A stretch of DNA of 63,856 nt, the filler included, from Hausera hauseri (taxonomy: Eukaryota), in NCBI GenBank assembly GCA_046269625.1. It is 10 parts of 10 records of this genome, joined end to end, with 100 filler letters (N's around TTAATTAATTAA, not from the genome) between each part and the next. Parts side by side here need not be neighbours in the genome. Positions count along the whole stretch, not along the records: positions 58,927 to 63,856 come from JBJURY010388700.1; 9 more parts are not named here. The stretch is one strand, 5' to 3'. Below the pieces are notes generated by a model. That model was not told the DNA's origin. It saw nothing but the letters and a program-made list of their open reading frames with translations, and did no database searches. This document shows, in pieces, positions 62,131 through 63,856 of this stretch. Positions within the stretch are counted from its first letter, which is position 1. The number at the start of each line of letters is the position of its first letter. The position numbers and the translations under genes were made by a program.

Positions 62131-63480
62131 TGCAGGATGCAGATGTAGACCCCATAGATCAGAAACATGCAACATTGGTTGATGGCAAGGATATGGATGC
62201 TCAAACCACACAGGTTGAGGGAAATATAGCGAAAGAGGAAGACAAATTACTGCATAGGCAGAGAGTTTTAAAGGAAATCCAAGAGTGGATAAAAATATTA
62301 AATGCTCAGAAACAAGGGCAAAATCAAGAAAGTAGTAGCGAGGAACTACAAACTCAGGGTCGAAGTACAAAACAAAAACATCAGGAACAGACATTTAATC
62401 AAATAGCAGCTGTAGAAAAATGTGCAGAAACAAAGAATACGGACAAACGTAATGATGAAAATGAAACGAAACAGCAGGAGTACTAATCCTTGATTAAGGA
62501 AAAGGATATTCTGATTGGGGATCAGAGACAAAAGCTAAACGCGATACACGAACAAGTGGCATGTCTAGAGAAACAATGTGGGGATCTCGCCGAAATGCAT
62601 AAGAAGACCAACCAAGAGGCGAATGATTGGAAACGGAAACATATGTCATTTAAGGATAAAAAGGAGCAGTTAGATAAAAACAAGAATAAACTACAAAACG
62701 GGAAACACCAGTTAAATGATTTTCTAGAAAACAAAGAATTCTCATGACAAGTTGATTCGAGATGGTGACAATACCTGAAGCATAGGACGACTTATGGATC
62801 TGGTCGACGATAATTACAATTATACAATGAAGCAATTATGCCAGATTGAAAGATGGTACAAAGTTCTGTGCCGAGACGTTACTTCAGATCGTCGGAGTAT
62901 AGTATGCAGAGAACAGACAAATGGGCAGGAGCAGGCAAAACTAGGCACACAAACAATTCATACAGAGGATGACTTAAGCACCAGTAACTGAACGAGTATT
63001 CTTCCGCTAGAGTATCCCGACAGCGATGACCCCACAGAAGAACAATCGGTGCATTTACATAAGTTAGATCAATCTCTGGAAACACAGGTGGCTAATCCAC
63101 AACCACAATTAAAAGAAGTACACTCCATATCCTCCAATAGTCAGGACACGATCGCGAAGCTGCAGAAACAAATAACGGACCTTCAGAAGGAGTAAGACAC
63201 TGTCCACCTCAGTCACGTCAAAGCCACTAAGACTTTAAGAACTAAAATAGAGAAATATAAAGAAGCCATAAAAGAAAAAGATTCCGAAATTGATGCTTAG
63301 AGGACGCGGTCGAACAGTCAATGTTAGATGCTATGGATCCAAAAAGAACGGAAGATATTGCTAGGTACTGGCAGGCTCAACAATTAAAAGCTCAAACAGA
63401 CAATCAAGAAACTAGACTGCAAGAACCTATAAAATAGATAGAACAAAACCACTCACTCCAACGTCCAGACAAACAATAAA
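62130..63480 (+). pseudogene. Decayed Q/E/K-rich coiled-coil coding region following the protease
   Basis: Successive + strand ORF pieces (62130-62486, 62490-62747, 62794-62991 and beyond) of heptad character; no RT motifs. Confidence 0.5.
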
Positions 63481-63856
63481 TCCATTGGAAAAAAAAGTCC
63501 AGACGCACGATAAAAGTTTTCTTTATCTGCTAGTTCTTCTCTGGATCTCACCACAGTTTGCTGACAAAGTTAGCCAGCAAAATATTACTATTTCGTTTTT
63601 TTTCGAATTGCGACGGCTTAGACTCAGCCGAGTCACAATTCTTGATAGGAATGGGGGGTATGTGGTGAGATAACTGCGTTGGTCTCCAAATACCCTTAGT
63701 TGTATCCATTCGACCATGAGGAAATTGGTTTACGAGAATCGAGAGACTGACTCGGGATTTCTGGGTAATACATGAGGGACTCGTGTATTGCCTGAACTGC
63801 CTTCAGTTCACTATTCCCGAGGTTATTGAGGAGTTGTTTGCTTGCTGTCAGAGGAG

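Noticed and set aside
1-63856. Alternative genetic code explaining the many in-frame stops
   Set aside because: Stops of all three types co-occur with frameshifts in repeats while the intact ORFs end normally; ordinary decay suffices.

Overview
AT-rich eukaryotic (animal-like) sequence made of ten segments joined by nine identical artificial 100-bp spacers (N44-TTAATTAATTAA-N44), so adjacency across spacers carries no information. It is dominated by decayed mobile elements. (1) Polinton/Maverick (adintovirus-like) remnants: a protein-primed PolB with an endonuclease-VII motif (segment 1) and two paralogous blocks carrying a TATA-binding-protein homolog, packaging ATPase, pX-like core protein and integrase; a DEDD exonuclease and dUTPase are seen in one block and a minor capsid start in the other. 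(2) Three copies (plus an integrase end) of a CsRn1-type Ty3/Gypsy family whose Gag is preceded in frame by a ubiquitin-like domain ending in di-Gly (GG, GG, GR). Their upstream regions are copy-specific mosaics of sense-oriented, apparently intronless host-gene fragments (FANCD2, HMG box, alpha-tubulin, RCAN, RPB2, ankyrin, ELOF1); in one copy these lie between a perfect tRNA-Leu PBS and gag. (3) A different Gypsy element with a chuvirus-like glycoprotein placed between gag and protease. (4) A further Gypsy element (segment 10), LINE/SINE fragments, LTRs and satellites. Host-like genes are an acidic 11-mer-repeat (LEA/apolipoprotein-like) terminal exon and a giant spectrin/nesprin-like coiled-coil exon. 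All homology calls are by eye from remembered family motifs; no searches were run and many boundaries are approximate.
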